Origin: an uncultured Chloroflexota bacterium
Lineage (GTDB): Bacteria; Chloroflexota; UBA11872
Direction of reading: 5' to 3'
DNA: 64,000 nt
NCBI GenBank assembly: GCA_958296175.1
Contig: OY282448.1
Coordinates: 2,230,127-2,294,126, forward strand
A program made the position numbers and the translations under genes. Under the pieces are notes generated by a model, which worked only from the letters and a program-made list of their open reading frames with translations, ran no database searches and was not told the DNA's origin. Position 1 is the first letter of the stretch, and every line of letters begins with the position of its first letter. Below, piece by piece: positions 63,150 to 64,000 of this stretch.

Positions 63150-64000
63150 TTAGATCCAGCCGCGATTGCGCATCTCCTCGATCTGCAACGCCTGGTTGGC
63201 CTCGGCGGCGGTCTTGACGTTGGCGATCATTTCCTCCAGCGCCGCCTCGCCCAGCATGTAGCGCTGCTCCAGGGCAATCCAGCTTTGGTACCACTCGACC
63301 CAGTTGGGAATGCGGTATTGCCGGTGCCGGTTTTCCGTGCCGTCGGCGTATTGCTTGAGCAGGTGCATATTGTTGGGCGGGCCGGCCTGCGCCTCGGTGG
63401 TTTCCAGCGCCGGGCGCCACATGGGCAGGTGGCCGCGGTCCACGCCAGCCACACGGTGCTGCACCTCGGTGCCGAAGTACAGGCACACCTCGGCGGTCTC
63501 TTCCACGTTGCCGCGCGCCTCCGCGCCGTTGGTGACGGCGTGGAACTGGCACGACCAGAACGTGCCCGACTTGCCGCTGGCCGGGTTCACCGGCACGGGC
63601 GCCAGCGACCACTCGAAGCGGTCCTTGATCTGCACCAGCGGCCGCGCGGTCTGGCGCACCCGTTCGGTCAGGTAATACGCCTGGAGGCCGGCCGTGAACG
63701 GGGAGCTGAACTCGCCGCGCACCTCAGTGATTTCGGCGACGGGCACGGCCACCTCGTGCTCGAACACTGCGTCGTGAATCCACTGGATGCCGTCGCTGCC
63801 GCCGTTGTCGTACAGCGTGAACTGCGTGTCGTCGTAGCTGCGGAAGAGTTCCTGGTTACCCGACCAGATCAGCGGGTGCCAGGAATACCAGTTCCCCCCG
63901 CCGTCCAAGCCCCAGATGCCGCGTTCGGGGTCGGTGGTCTTCTGCGCGTTCTCCAGCAGGTCGTCCCAGGTCCAGCTGTCGTCGGGATGCCCGGCGCCCA
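63150..64000 (-). CDS. ABC transporter extracellular solute-binding protein, carbohydrate type (5' end outside the window)
   Basis: Frame open to the edge: HPDDSWTWDDLLENAQKTTDPERGIWG..FEWSLAPVP. Confidence 0.8.
   Translation of the reverse strand, partial: GAGHPDDSWTWDDLLENAQKTTDPERGIWGLDGGGNWYSWHPLIWSGNQELFRSYDDTQFTLYDNGGSDGIQWIHDAVFEHEVAVPVAEITEVRGEFSSPFTAGLQAYYLTERVRQTARPLVQIKDRFEWSLAPVPVNPASGKSGTFWSCQFHAVTNGAEARGNVEETAEVCLYFGTEVQHRVAGVDRGHLPMWRPALETTEAQAGPPNNMHLLKQYADGTENRHRQYRIPNWVEWYQSWIALEQRYMLGEAALEEMIANVKTAAEANQALQIEEMRNRGWI

Overview
High-GC (roughly 70% by eye) bacterial chromosome segment. A Chloroflexota origin, probably host- or sponge-associated, is inferred from a Chloroflexi-type surface-anchor domain, a eukaryote-like LRR protein and many sulfatase, PhyH and luciferase-like genes. 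The window holds DNA-repair genes (uvrA running off the left edge, tag, nth), four dispersed tRNAs (Pro-UGG, Gly-UCC, Thr-UGU, Thr-GGU) and many catabolic enzymes. It also holds a tandem pair of large membrane-protein paralogs (one broken by a ~517-nt deletion), a GmrSD-type nuclease, an IS5-family remnant and a Tm-1-like three-gene cluster. The most notable region is a ~9-kb candidate defence locus (20455-29265). There, an N6-adenine methyltransferase with an AT-rich specificity tail and a PLD-nuclease/SNF2-helicase fusion enclose an inverted, lower-GC, translationally coupled two-gene cassette (a minimal pol-beta-like nucleotidyltransferase plus an unknown partner), with a 23-bp direct repeat at the cassette edge. 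No CRISPR array, rRNA or intact integrase was seen. All family calls come from motif recognition only; no database searches were run.
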